Part shown: piece after piece, positions 28,334 through 40,560 of the stretch
Numbering within the stretch: position 1 is the stretch's first letter
How the letters are laid out: each line of letters opens with the position of its first letter
Assembly: GCA_030390025.1 (NCBI GenBank)
Contig: CM059430.1
Location: 73,284,001-73,348,000 of the forward strand
Reading direction: 5' to 3'
Source of the DNA: Squalus acanthias
Taxonomy: Eukaryota
DNA: 64,000 nucleotides
Notes under the pieces: generated by a model
What the model was told of the DNA's origin: nothing
The model's database searches: none
Seen by the model: only the letters and a program-made list of their open reading frames with translations
Position numbers and translations under genes: made by a program

Positions 28334-29812
28334 CTTGCGCTTCAGAACTAGCTGCGCCTCTAGCCAGTCTTCTCCAGTACAGCTACAACACTGGCATCTG
28401 TCCGACAATGTGGAAAACTGCGCAGGTATGTCCTGTCCACAAAAATCAGGACAAATCCAATTTGGCCAATTACCGCCACATCAGTCTACTCTCAATCATC
28501 AGTAAAGTGATGGAAGGTGTCATCGACAGTGATATCAAGCGGGACTTACTCACCAACAACCTGCTCACTGATGCCCAGTTTGATCTTCGCCAAGACCACT
28601 CGGCTAACGACCTCATTACAGCTAAATTCCAGCGGTGAGGTGAGAGTGACTACCCTTAACATCAAGGCAGCATTTGACCGAGTGTGGCAAGAAGGAACCC
28701 TAGTAAAGCGGAAGTCAATGGAAATCGGTGGGGAAACTCTCCATTGCTTGGAGTCACACCTAGCACCAATGAAGATGCATGTGCTGATTGAAGGTCAATC
28801 ATCACCAACCCAGGACATTGCTGCAGGAGTTCCTCAGGGCAGTGTCCTAGGCAAAACCATCTTCATCTGCTTTATCAATGAGCTTCCCTTCAAGATAAGG
28901 TCAGAAATGGGGATGTTCGCTGATGACTGCACAGTGTTCAGTGCCATTCACAACTCATCAGATAATGAAGCTGTCCATGCCCGCATGCAATACGACCTGG
29001 ACGTCGTTCAGGCTTGGGCTGATAAGTGGCAGGTAATATTCGCGCCACAGAAGTGCCAGGCAATGATTATCTCCAACAAGCGAGAGTCTAACCACCGCCT
29101 CTTGACATTTAATGGCATTACCATCGCCGAATCTCCCACTATCAACATCGTGGGTGTTACCATTGAACAGAAACTTAACTGGACCAGCCACATAAATACT
29201 GTGGCAGCAAAAGCCGATCAGAGGCTAGGTGTTCTGAGGCGAGTGTCTCACCTCCTGTATCCCCAAATCCTTTCTACTATCTGCAAGGCACAAGTAAGGA
29301 GTGAGATGGAATACTCTCCACATGCCTGGATGAGTGCAGCTCTAACAGCATTCAAGAAGCTCGACACCATCTTGGTCAAAGCAGCCCGATCGTTTGGCAC
29401 CCCATCTACCAGGTTAAAAAATCACTCCCTCCATCACCAGCGTACCGTGGCTACAGTTTGTACCATCTACAGGATGCACTGTAGCAACGCGCCAAGCCTT
29501 CATCGGCAGCACCTCCCAAACACGGGACCTGTTCCACCTAGTAAGACAATTGCAGCTGGCGCATGGGAACACCACCACCTCCAAGTTCCCCTCCAAGTCA
29601 CACACCAGCCTGACTTAGAAGTATATCGCCGAACCTTCATCGTCGCTAGGTCAAAATCCAGGAACTCCTTACCTAACAGCACTGTGGGAGTAACTTCACT
29701 AAGCGGACTGCAGCTGATAAAGAAGGTTGCTCACCACCACCTTCTAAATGGCAATTAGTGATGGGCAATAAATGCTGCCAGCGATGGCCACATCCCATAA
29801 ACGAATAAAAAA
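28334..29812 (+). mobile_element. LINE family B insertion specific to copy A, with a long open RT/C-terminal frame
   Basis: ORF 28517-29758 has IKAAFDRVW, GVPQGSVLG and FADDC. The flanks are contiguous in copy B (~62400-62430). Confidence 0.9.
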
Positions 29813-30089
29813 ATAACATCCATGAACTAATTGAATGGCGGAGCATACTCGAGGAGCCGTAAAACCTACTCGTCCAAGTATTTCTCATGTTCTTATTGAA
29901 TGTCATCAAACATATACAAGTATAAGCATGTGTACTGGTATAACCCCAGGTGTGATGCAGAAAATGTGACGGAACAAACTTGTGCTAAACAGAAGACATA
30001 ACTTATTTGATTAAGTTCATCTCTATTACACACGAAAATCACGTTTTCAATTGGTTAATATAAACGGGTAATTCATAAATTGATCTTAC

Positions 30090-30396
30090 CCAAATTACAG
30101 AAAGTGTAGCTGACATTGGCTGTAGTCTGAAGAGAGACTTGAGATACCTGACAGGTGTATACGGTCCCGCTCTCCACAGGCTATGTCTCATTCAGGTAGC
30201 TAGACGCCTCATACAGTCCCGCAGTGTTCCGCCATTTGATTGGTTCCATCCAGGATCCAATTTCTGATCCATTTTTGTACCATGTGATGTTCAGATCATC
30301 CAGGAAAAAACGCAGCCGTTGCACAAACGAGAATGAGAGGAACCTGTGATCTGCTCTCAGACCGCATGGGGCCCACCTGGAGAGGAGTCGGAGGGA
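30090..30396 (-). pseudogene. Gene A exon 3: disabled C1 domain exon
   Basis: About 92% identical to gene B C1. Acceptor AG>AA (30398-30397), +1 nt in the T run (30305-30310), CAG>TAG (30183-30181), and His of YTCQVSH changed to Gln. Confidence 0.9.
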
Positions 30397-32144
30397 TTGG
30401 AAAAATAAAGGAAGCGTTTGTTTTCAAGTTGTAACTTGGTTTGGCGAATCTGAAGGAAAATCCATCGCTGTAAGTTCGACAAAAGACATTCTAAAATCAC
30501 AATGGTCCTTCAGCCTGACATCATAAACAATATCTTATATGTGCTTTAAAACCCGTAGTACAGGATTCTTAAGAAAGGGAACAAGGAAACAATTCGCACG
30601 GTGTATGTTACATTTTACAAAATTTCTAAGGAAAACAACTTGCATTCATGTATCGCATTTAGCATGACAGAGGAAGAATCAAAGAAAATGTTATTTTCTC
30701 CGCCCCATCGGCCAACTGTCTTCCGTTTTACCTACGAAATAAGTTGATTACATTGTTACAGTTTCTTCCCATTTTGTGCAAACTTTCCCTATACTTGAAG
30801 CACGCATTACCACATTGTTCCACCGTCCAGAGCAGCAGAGGGATGTTTGCTTCTTCAATAAGTTTTCTTTAAGGGAGTGTGATCCATATGGCATCAGGCG
30901 CAGAAAGATCTCTCTCAGAACGCAACATTGAACGAGTACTCAGGCACTAACCCACAATGTTGTAATCTAGATGTTATAAGCTGATCCGAACTTGCACTCA
31001 TTAAAGTAAAACGAACTTAATGTAAATTCGACAAAATTCCAGCGTAAAGCCTGAGTAAATGTAATCACTTCTTATTTCAGTGGGTATTATCCTGGCCTTG
31101 CTTCCGCCAGATGTGGATACAAGCTACAATTCAAAATCTAGACATGCATTTTATGGCAGTGCTGCAGTTCCCGATGGGGTGCTTCATTATATCAGTTCCA
31201 CTCCTTCAAATGAGGCTTCAAACCGAGCCTCTTTCTCCCCTACCCCTTGGTCATTAAAGATCGTACGGTACTATTCGATAGTGAGGATCAAGCTCGCAGT
31301 CGCTACTGACTGCCTTAATCAGATCACCAAACCAGTTTGACTCTTGATGCATCTTCTTGCTGATACTGGGAAAAGCTGTTGGCAAAACAGCCCCGGCATT
31401 CGGCGTTACAGCAATAGAGATTGCCCTCTCCAGTAATTAGTAGTATGCAAAACATTTGGGGCCGCTTGTGAATTTAGGTAAAACGCTATATATGGGAATT
31501 ACATCCGCGTTGTCACACTTATTCTGATTCAGATTAATCCTTGCAAATTAATTGTATAATTCTGGTTCCGAGTCTAAGATAAAGTTGAGCTGACATTACC
31601 CAATATGTAGAACGACTGGTACCCATATCAGAAAATTTTACAAGTGAAATCCGTTGTAAAAGACATGGAGCTGTGTTCTTTTTAAGAAGTGGTTTACAGT
31701 GATTAAAACTTGTCTGGGCTTGTTTGAACTAAGCAAAAAAACACGAACGTCTAATTTAGCAGAATTGTCAACACTTACTTACTTATATAATTGTTTGTTT
31801 GTATTCTTTAATTCCCTTCCTAGTCCAGTAAAAATTGTATTTGATGCACAGAAATTAAAATACCAGGGCACGAAAATGAGCTTTCTGATAATGTTCAGGT
31901 TATTTTGTAAATATATATTTTTTCAATTATTTAATTGTTCAACTTTTATGCCTGAATAATCGTTGAAAAATATGATTTGAAAATTATCCTCGAGCTTATT
32001 TTCAGCGAACCAGTTACATAAAGGGCGAAAGCTTAATCAGAAGTATCAGAAAATCAATAGCATATTTCGAAACTGCATGGCAACAAAGATTGTCTTTAAA
32101 AATAACTGTAAAACTGAAGTAAATCAGGAAACGGTGGTGAAGGG

Positions 32145-33175
32145 GTGTGGGTTGGGGAAACATTCTATTGGCTGGAGTTATGCCTAGCACAATTGAAGTT
32201 GTTTGTGGTTGTTGAAAGTCTATCATCCCAGCCCCAGTATATCGCTGCAGGTGTTCCTCAGGCCAGTGTGCAAGGTCCAACCATCTTCATCTGCCTCATC
32301 AATGACCTTCCCTCCATCGAAGCATCAACAGTTCTGTTTTGATTGCACAGTCTTCAGTTCCATTCACAATTCCTCATATAACGAAGCAATCCGTGCCCGC
32401 ATGCAACAAGACGTGGGCAACATTTAGGTTTGGGCAGATAAGTGGCAAATAACATTCGCACCGCTCAAGTGACAGGCAATGTGCATCTCTAACAAGAGAG
32501 AGCCTAACCATCTGCAATTGACATTCAATGGCATTACCATCGTCGAATAAATCAACATCCCGAGGGTGAATGTTATGAATAGAAACTAAACTGGACTAGC
32601 CACATTAATACTGTGGCTAAAAGGTATGTCAGAGGATAAGTATTCTGCGGAAAAAGACTCGCCTCCTGATCACCGCCCCCCTCCAAATACTTTACAGCAC
32701 CTACAGGGCACAAATTAGGAGTGTGATGGAATACTGTCCACTTGCCTGGATGAGTGCAGCTCCAACAACACTCAAGAAGTGCGACGCCATCCAGGACAAA
32801 GCAGTCCGCTTGAACTGTACCCCATCCGCCATCTTAAACATTCACTCTCTCCACCACTGTCGTACGGTGGCTGCAGTGTGTACCATCTACCAAGTGCACT
32901 GCAGCAACTCTCCAAGTCTTCTCGAGAGCACCTCTCAAACCCACGACTACTACCTCCTTGAATGACAAGAGAAGCAGGCGCATGGGAACACAAACACCTT
33001 CATTTACTCTGCAAGTCACACACCATCCTGACTTGGATATATATCACCGTTCATTCATTGACACTGGGTCAAAATCCAGGAATTCCCTGGCGAACAAAAC
33101 TGTGGCATGACCTGCGCAACATGGACTGCAACGTTTCAAGAAGCTGTCTCACCATCACTTCTCAACGGCAAAAGA
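32145..33175 (+). mobile_element. LINE family B in gene A intron 2; its tail continues at ~34236-34282
   Basis: RT and AAPTTLKK motifs; same insertion site as 59770-60705 in copy B. Confidence 0.85.
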
Positions 33176-33189
33176 GGATGGAAAATACA

Positions 33190-34235
33190 TTTGTGGTGAA
33201 TGACTGTTCTTCGGACTGGAGGGAGGTGTACAGTGGCGTCCCGCAAGGTTCAGGACTAGGACCACTGCTTTGTCATATACATTAATGACTTTGATTTGAG
33301 GGCACATGGCACAATTTCTATATTTGCAGATGACACGAAATTGGAAGTGTGGTAAACAGTGAGGAAGATAACAATAGATTTAAAGACGACATAGCCAGGC
33401 TGGTGCAATAGGAGGACACATTGCAGATGACATTTAACACAGAGAAGTGTGAGGTGATACATTTGGTTGGACGAATGAGGAGAGAATATACATTATAAAT
33501 GGTGCAATTTTAACGGAGGTGCAATAACAGAGACACCTGGGGCTGCTTCTGCACAAATCTTTGAAGGTGGCAGAACAGGTTAACAAAGCAATGAATTGAG
33601 CATATGGGATCCTGGGCTTTATAAACAGAAGAATAGAGTACAAAAGCCAGGAAGTTATGCTAAACCTATATAACACATTAGTTCGGCGCCAGCTGGAGTA
33701 TTGCGTCCAATTCTGGGCACCACACTTTAGGAAGGACGTGATGGCTTTGGAGAGGGTACAGAAGTGATTTGCTAGAATGGTTCCAGGTATGAGGAATAAC
33801 TGTTACGTGGATAGACCAGAGAAGCTGGGGTTGTTCACCTGGGAGCCGAGAAAGCTAAGAGGAGATTTGATAGAAGAGGTTAAAATCATGATGGATTGAG
33901 ATAGAGTAAATAAAGAGAAACTATTTCCAATGGCTGACGAGTCGATATCTAGAGGACACAGTTTTAAGGTGATTGGCAAAATAACCAGAGGCGACATGAG
34001 GAAAACATTTTTTACGCAACGAGTGGTTATGATTTGGAATGCGTTGACTTATAGGGTGGTGGATGCAAATTGAAAAGTAGCATTCAAAAGAGAATTGGAT
34101 AAATATTTGAAGGGGAAAATATGCATGGATATGGGGAAAGAGCAGGGGAGTGGGACTACCTGAATTGCTCTTCGAAAGAGCTGGCGCAGACTCGATGGGC
34201 CGAATGACCTTCTTCTGTGCTGCACCATTTTCTGA
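33190..34235 (+). mobile_element. CR1 3' fragment nested in the family B LINE
   Basis: SGVPQGSGLGP and FADDTKL motifs, CR1 3' UTR; absent from copy B. Confidence 0.85.
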
Positions 34236-34379
34236 AATACTGGAGCTGCCAGCGATGCCCGCATTCAATGAATGAATAAATTGTTCTAAGGCGGCAGAGC
34301 AAATAATAGCTTTGAAATTATACACCATACGTGTTACCAAAGCTGGCGGATTCCGATTATCCCGCTCATTGACACTCAC

Positions 34380-34691
34380 CATATGTAACCAGTTCTGTGC
34401 CGGTTTCGTTTACAACCGCTCTGTGTGTCAATTTGCAGTAATAGAGCTCCGCGTCCTCGGCTCTCACGGCCACCAAGTTAAAGGCTGCTCCTCCCTGGTT
34501 TATAAAATCAAACCGGAATCTGCTGTCTGCACTTTCCTCCAAGAATCCATCGACCCCGTCTCTCCACCAATGCACTTTCACTGGTCTCTTGTCTGAATAG
34601 ATGGGATATATGCAATAAAGATTAACGGCGTCACCTTTCGTCACTGCGGATTTGGGAGCTTGTATTACAGTCGAGGAGGGATTGCCAGCGG
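34380..34691 (-). CDS. Gene A exon 2: intact VJ-type Ig V domain
   Basis: Open frame with intact AG/GT sites; both Cys and the Trp retained. By hand, 25 nt and 17 aa differ from gene B V. The J motif reads NETGTELVT. Confidence 0.88.
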
Positions 34692-34819
34692 CTGTGGAAA
34701 AAGGAGTAAAAGCAAAATGAAAGAGCGAAACACAAAACGAAAATGGGAAGCTGACTAACATTAATGATGTTCGGAAGTACAAAGACACATTGATGATAAA
34801 CTGATAGTAAAAAAGAGCA

Positions 34820-35185
34820 AAATCATGCGGGGTCTGGACAGAGTAGATAGAGAGAAACTGTTCCCATGGCAGAATGGTCGTGAACCAGAGGACACAGATT
34901 TAATGTGATTGACAGAAGAACCAAAAGCGACATGAAGAAAACCTTTTTAAATCAGCGAGTGGTTACGATCTGGAATGCAATGCCTGAAATAGTGGTAAAG
35001 GCAGACTGAATCAATGCTTTCAAAAGGAAGTTGGATAAGTACCTGAAAGAAAAAAAAATGCAGGGCTACAGGAAAGGTCGGGGTTTGGGACTAGCTGAAG
35101 GACTCTTGCAGGGAGCCAACACGGGCTCGACGGGCTCAATGGCCTTCTTCCGTGCTGTAGCCATTCGATGATTCAATGATTGTAT
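34820..35185 (+). mobile_element. CR1 3' fragment in gene A intron 1
   Basis: CR1 3' end with ATTC-type tail; explains intron 1 length of 578 nt versus 211 nt in copy B. Confidence 0.8.
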
Positions 35186-35269
35186 GATAAGACACATACA
35201 GTATATTCATCAATTAAATAAATGAAAGAGCATTCATACTTGGGAAATAGGGCTACAAATTAAATTTAC

Positions 35270-35321
35270 CCGTGCAACTGACCCACAGGGGGACCATGCA
35301 GTGAAACAAAGCTCTCAGCAT
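35270..35321 (-). CDS. Gene A exon 1: signal peptide (MLRALFHCMVPLWVSCT)
   Basis: ATG at 35321 on the minus strand, 52 nt, donor G|GTAAAT. Colinear with gene B exon 1. Confidence 0.8.
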
Positions 35322-35477
35322 CTTGAATAGCTATATCGAAACGATTGTTTTGATTAAAATAAGTAATGAATAAAGAATCAGAGCTCAGTGACGCGGGGAT
35401 GTCTGGTTACACGAGAGTTTGTGTCACGGTTTGCAAATCATGACCAGCGGCTGTCGAAAAAAAACACGGAATAATAC

Positions 35478-35800
35478 ATAATGAGATTCTAAAGGAGCCC
35501 GGATTGATAGCTATACAATGAGAACTAAAAGGACACGCGTAAATAGAAATATAATGACGATTACAAGGGTACGGTATATATAGATACATAATGTAAATTA
35601 GAAGTACACTTTAATTGATAGGAAAAAGAATAGATAGGAACATAATGAGAATTAAAAGGACAAGGGATAGAAAGATGACCAATGAGAACTAAAAAGACAA
35701 GGACAAGACAGGAACGTAATGAGAAACAAAAGATCACGGGATATATAAGAACATAATTAGAATTAATAGGACACAGAATAGATGGCTACATCGATGAGAA
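35478..35800. repeat. Degenerate ~37-38 bp minisatellite
   Basis: Recurrent AATGAGAA(C/T)TAAAAGGACA...ATAG..ACAT units, about 8 copies. Confidence 0.7.
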
Positions 35801-37439
35801 AAGACGCCAGTAAAACTGAACGATTAATTGCATTAATGCTGAAAAACTGAACAGAATATTCAGCATTAAGGCATATACTTTAATCCTCGTTTTGCTAAAT
35901 TAAAATTTAATTTTAATTATCTTTCACTTTGATAGGGGGGAGGTGGCTAAAATGTACTCAACTGCCTACCTGATCCTCGGAACAAACAGACACTGATACT
36001 CATCGCTTAGAAACTTCTGTAATAAAGCAGCTTGGAATGGTCATTGGTTGCGGATGAGAATGGGGCGCCTAGAGGATATCGGGTCACACAATCTTTATAT
36101 ATGACCTGAAGTTCAAAATCGCGTGGCCGAGGCGGAAGTATAGATGAATGGTTAGAGCATCACAGGCTGCACATGGACATGTCCGATTTGTCTGGTGTGT
36201 TTGTTTTTTAGGCAAATGTTGTCATTACCCTAAGCGAACCTCTTTTACATTGTGGGTACCCGGTACAAACAGCAAGCCCTCCTAGGTGTGGGGTAGCGAG
36301 TTCAGATGCAGAGCCTTATTCACTCTGCAATAAGCAATCTCGATGTGTTTGCCAATTTGCGTTGAGGTATGAATACTTTAGATGCACCATTCCCCTCGTC
36401 TAAAGACAATAGCGTAACTGCGCCCAACCCATCGACAATGCAATTAACAACAGCAGTAGTTGACTTTCAGATTAAATATTGTCTCTATTAAAGTTATATT
36501 TTGATATTTTTTAAATGTCCACCAGTCTCATATGGACATAGTATAGCATAGTTTTACTGGTATGTGTTTATAATAAGCAATATCATCAGATTCTGTTCAC
36601 TAAACACACGTGTAGAATTATATTTCATGGTCATATATTTCAGAACAGTGGTTGCTTAGATCTGTTCTGTTATTTGATGTAACTCGCTTCACTTTTAGCT
36701 TCAGATAAACTTTAGTGTTCTGTTCTACGTTTTAATTTCAGAAGCCTACTGGATATTTGTGATATGATTTATTGAATTAATGGTTCTTTGTGCTTTCGAA
36801 ACCCTCATTCTCAGCCCAACGTCATTTTGATATTATTTAACCTAATAAGTTGTCCTCTCGGAATGTTCTTAATATTTCTCTCATATAATTTGTGATGAGA
36901 ATCCTAATACTATCTCCTCCTGAAATGTTCAAGATAGCAGCCGCTTCACGTATGATTTGGACTCTCACTCATTAAGCAAGTTTCTAGCCCACTCCCAACC
37001 CACTCATCGAACATATAACAGGAAGCCACCACCTCATCCCCCGCCACACACACCCTTCAATAAAGCAGAGACAGAAACGGAGCACCCTCAAAAAACTCTT
37101 GGAGAACGATAACTGGAAGGCAAAGAGTCCAAGTAACTGGCATGTATCAACAATCCCTGAAGCTCCAGTGGAAATCCAATAATCCATTGGGCCAGCTTCC
37201 AAACGTGCGCTGGTGACATCCAGCTCTATGCCTCCATCGTTTAATACTTGTTTAATATCAGGTCGATCTGTCAGACTGCCTGGCTAAAATAAAGCACGAA
37301 AGAGTCAAAATGTTCTCTAACTGAGCACGAGGAAGGCTGAAGGAGATGTTTTCGTCCATGGTCAGAGATTCAGTCGTTTTCCAGAATGTAGACAGGGAGA
37401 TCATTTCTAGAAATATTGGAGTCTATCAGAGGAATAGTG

Positions 37440-37745
37440 AAAACAGCTGTACTATGTTAAAGAAGGAGCTGCATTGGCAGAAGTGGCATTCTTCAGAAGA
37501 GAAATTAAAGTGAGACCCACCTATTCTGCTCCATTTTTTGACACGGATGACTGGCTATCATCTATCCCACAGCCAACACCACCCAAACACAGAATAAACA
37601 TGGCCATTCTTCTCATTGTTGTTTGAAGGTTCTTGCTACGCACAAGTTGGCTGTTTCACTTACGAAGCTAAGTGCTAGTAAAATAATTCATTTCATGTGA
37701 ATCACTTGAAGATGTTTAGGTATAGGCGAAGATGCTTGTAATAAC
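37440..37745 (+). mobile_element. Old Deu-domain SINE fragment
   Basis: Diverged similarity to the SINE at 62830-63270. Confidence 0.5.
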
Positions 37746-38610
37746 TTATATAAAGCTAAATAGGATCATCTGGTGGACAGAAGTAGAATTGATTAACAGC
37801 TGGCAATTTCCTCAAATTCGCTTGCACCATTATTCCGTCATTAGAAAACAAAAGAACATCCCCCGCCAATGGCCTACAGAGCGAGTTACGGGCGTGTTTC
37901 CTGGGTCTACTCATTTGCATTCACATTAGGGAACCTGTGTAAAATTAGTTTAATCAGCTGAACTACATGGAAAATAATGCGCAGCTTTAAAAAAAAACAG
38001 TTCAACCTGAAGGCTTCAGTAATAGACTGGCGGACAGCCAGGTAAGAGAGGAAAAGTTCTGGTCTCTTTCAGTACACAGATTCTAGGTTATGTGTGCCAT
38101 CAGGCCTGCCATGATTGCAACATGTGCCACCGATAGGGAGGTAGCAGTAGCACTGAGTGCCAGCTACCTCACAGAAGGAATGGAGAACAGCCCCACATAA
38201 ATTTCAATGACCAAAACAGAGCTGGTAAGGTACCACACTTGACACTCTCTCGTTTCCTTCCTGAGTCAGCCGTCTCTCGGCACAGCAGCGCATGCCGAAT
38301 CTCCTGCCTTCCCCCTCAGAACATCACGCCACTGGAATGTGGGAGGCGAGACCAGGCTGCCCAGGAGGCCCATGCATATCTTCAGCTGTATAAATCAGTG
38401 TTTAAACTCTCCAGACTGCTGAGGGTTCATACAAAGCTTACCATCACCTTGAGCAGATGACACTGACGGCTGCTGCACCTCATAAATCTTATCCTAACGT
38501 ACCTAAGTTGATGCATCAGTTCAAACCCAGGAAGCCCTTCAACTTTATGCCACTTTCTCTCATTGTGACATATACAATGTAGACAAAGTGATGCTTTGAA
38601 GACGTACAAC

Positions 38611-39535
38611 GGGTTGAACTTTCGCCGGTCCAATTATAATCGTTCAAAGCAATTTCTACGGCCGTTTATACGCCGCAAATGTACTGAAAATGGTGAGGAA
38701 ATGTATCCTCCAAGAGTTAATAACAGGAGGAGCTTGGACTGGAGAGAGGGGGTCGTTAGATCAATCGAGTTTATTAATCCAAATTAATGTCAAGAGAAAC
38801 TACATTCAAGTTCATGCCCCGGAATGTGTGGTCGGGATGACGGCGAACTGGCAGCGTTCGCCATCATTCGGCCTCTGAAACTGTCATTGACAGCTCCGAA
38901 ACTGACTTTCTTTGCCCTCGCCTCGCCCCCACCCCCAACACAGAGCCAGCAATCTGTGTTTTCAGCCAAATCATTGAAACTGGCAACTTCGGCTCTTCCG
39001 CAGCAAGTACGTTGTTAAATTCCCCAGTAAAAGTTAGGTCCGAAGGGATTAGCTGTAACTGGGTTTTTGACAGCGTTATGACTGCTAAAAATATGTTAAG
39101 GATCTGGAAAACTAATTTTAATTTTGTGCAGATTGAAATTTTTCCATTTTAATAAAAATATTTTTTTTTACATAACCTTTCAATAAAAATATGTAAATTT
39201 TGTCCATATTTATTTCATGTTTGCCTTTTCCCCTGTGAGAGCCTCAATCTTTGTTTTCCTCTCTCTAACACTTTTTAAAAGTTGGAATTTTAGAACCTTA
39301 CTCACTTCCTTGTTCACTGTCTGTGAGACTTCTGCGTTTTGATTGGCTGCTCAGATAGGCTGTTGACGTCGCAGGAGTTCGCACAAGGGAATTCCCACTG
39401 ACATCCGTTGATTTGAATTGAAGGTCGGAAAACCAGAAGTTCTCGACAGAGGGATCGCGAGATCTTTGTGCGAAGTGTACTTCTGGGCCAGCAGCCAATG
39501 CATTCGCTTTGTTGCTGACCGCAAATTCCTGGTCC
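38611..39535. mobile_element. Probable old non-autonomous DNA transposon
   Basis: GGGTTGAACTTTCG ... GCAAATTCCTGGTCC degenerate termini like the other MITEs; AT-rich core; no TSD. Confidence 0.4.
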
Positions 39536-40124
39536 ATATATCTATATAGTTATAAGGGGTTCAGCAAACTACTAACCAATCCAGGCGAGTTATCAGCCCC
39601 AACTACTAAATAATTACTGAAAGTGAGCCTATTTATCCCCCTAGTTGGACAATGTCAGATAACTTGCTCTAAACCTATCAAACTTGAGATTATGTTCAGC
39701 TGATCTTTACGTGTTATATGGTACTACAACAGTAGATGACCATGTTGCACGACATAAACATACACTGTGGTATTTATATCTTGTCTGTAGAACTAATGGC
39801 AATTTGCATGGTTACAAACATCGCACCATACCAGCACAACATCAACTGAAAGCTACACATGTTTGGGTAGATTTTTATTGAATTCAATGGGAATCAATTC
39901 GGAAGAGATGCAAAACTGGCTGCCGATTCGCTATCATCGGTTTCACACGATCATGCAAAGTCAAAATCTACCCCGTTGCTTCCAAACTTATGATAATTGT
40001 TTACACATATCTTTTACTGCTTTGTAAATTGCATTAAGCTGACACCTCTGCTTAGTTGCCATTCCCTTGTACATTCCTAACGACGTAATTTATACCATAT
40101 GTTAATCAAACAGAATACATTCGC

Positions 40125-40560
40125 ATAATGCTTAGAATTAAATATAACTTTATGGCACCGAACGGGTCATTCGGCCCAAAAGGGCTATGCCGGTGTTTAT
40201 GTCCCATATGAGTTTCCTATCACCTTACCTCATCTAACCATATCAACATATCCTATTCCTTTCTCCTTCATGCACTTATGAAGCTTCCCGTTAAAGGCAT
40301 GAATGCTATTCGCCTCAACTATTGCATGTGGTAGCGAATTTCACATTCTCACCACTCTCTGACTAAGTAAGTTTCTCCTGAATTCCTTATTTGAATTATT
40401 ACTGATTATCTTATATTTATAGTCCCTAATTCTGGTCTGCTCCACAAGTGGAGAGATCCTCTCTATCTCTACCCTATCGAACCTCTTCATAATTGTAAAG
40501 ACCACTATCTGGTCAACTCACAATCTTCTCTATCTGAATGTAAAGAGCCTCGTAACTGTT
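40125..40560 (-). mobile_element. CR1 3' fragment
   Basis: Similar to 52290-52740. Confidence 0.7.

Larger units (their letters stand above)
28174..35440 (-). repeat. Inverted segmental duplicate, copy A (pairs with ~58960-62582)
   Basis: Exons, intron 2 unique sequence (30450-31470 vs 60760-61800), the 3' flank and the proximal 5' flank all align in reverse complement. Confidence 0.88.

Noticed and set aside
28517-29758. 413-aa ORF as a host gene or active LINE
   Set aside because: It is a 5'-truncated RT fragment with no endonuclease, and the ORF start comes from another frame.
35478-35800. CRISPR-like array
   Set aside because: Degenerate tandem units without unique spacers, in a eukaryotic context.
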